IMG/VR virus record: IMGVR_UViG_3300009095_000010
Location: 1-64,000 of that record
Reading direction: 5' to 3' (one strand)
Source of the DNA: a virus
Lineage: Duplodnaviria > Caudoviricetes
Length of the DNA stretch: 64,000 nucleotides
Shown piece by piece: positions 64,000 through 64,000 of this stretch. Positions within the stretch are counted from its first letter, which is position 1; each line of letters begins with the position of its first letter. The translations under genes were made by a program, and so were the position numbers. Below the pieces are notes generated by a model that saw nothing but the letters and a program-made list of their open reading frames with translations, was not told the origin of the DNA and did no database searches.

Positions 64000-64000
64000 T

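Noticed and set aside
1-64000. tRNA genes or stop-codon reassignment
   Set aside because: No cloverleaf-like sequence was seen in the short intergenic gaps, and genes are full length and densely packed under the standard code.

Overview
A 64 kb segment of a large (jumbo-like) tailed dsDNA phage genome. All credible genes lie on the - strand and use the standard genetic code. In transcription order (64000 to 1) there are three modules. (1) Replication, recombination and chaperones: SbcC-like ATPase end, dNMP kinase, Cas4-like nuclease, trigger factor, a DnaE fractured by a naturally split intein around a free-standing endonuclease, RecA, SSB, DnaJ, primase and a sigma-region-4 protein. (2) A ~38 kb head morphogenesis module: about 25 unknown proteins, a CCA-adding-type nucleotidyltransferase, TerL with a Gln-initiated class-3 intein, portal, a Tyr phosphatase, a 1133-aa prohead protease-scaffold, ejection-like proteins, three cement paralogues and the major capsid protein. 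(3) The start of the outer virion/fibre genes. The most notable patterns are short motifs shared between proteins. A [K/R]-x-A-[Q/S/Y/A] motif and a shared helical-hairpin module mark putative internal head proteins, suggesting a protease-processed cargo-loading system. A D-G-Y tripeptide is strongly enriched in putative outer virion proteins, suggesting a modification tag. Poly-A slippery sites appear to join or truncate several genes. All annotations were made by eye from motifs; no database searches were run.
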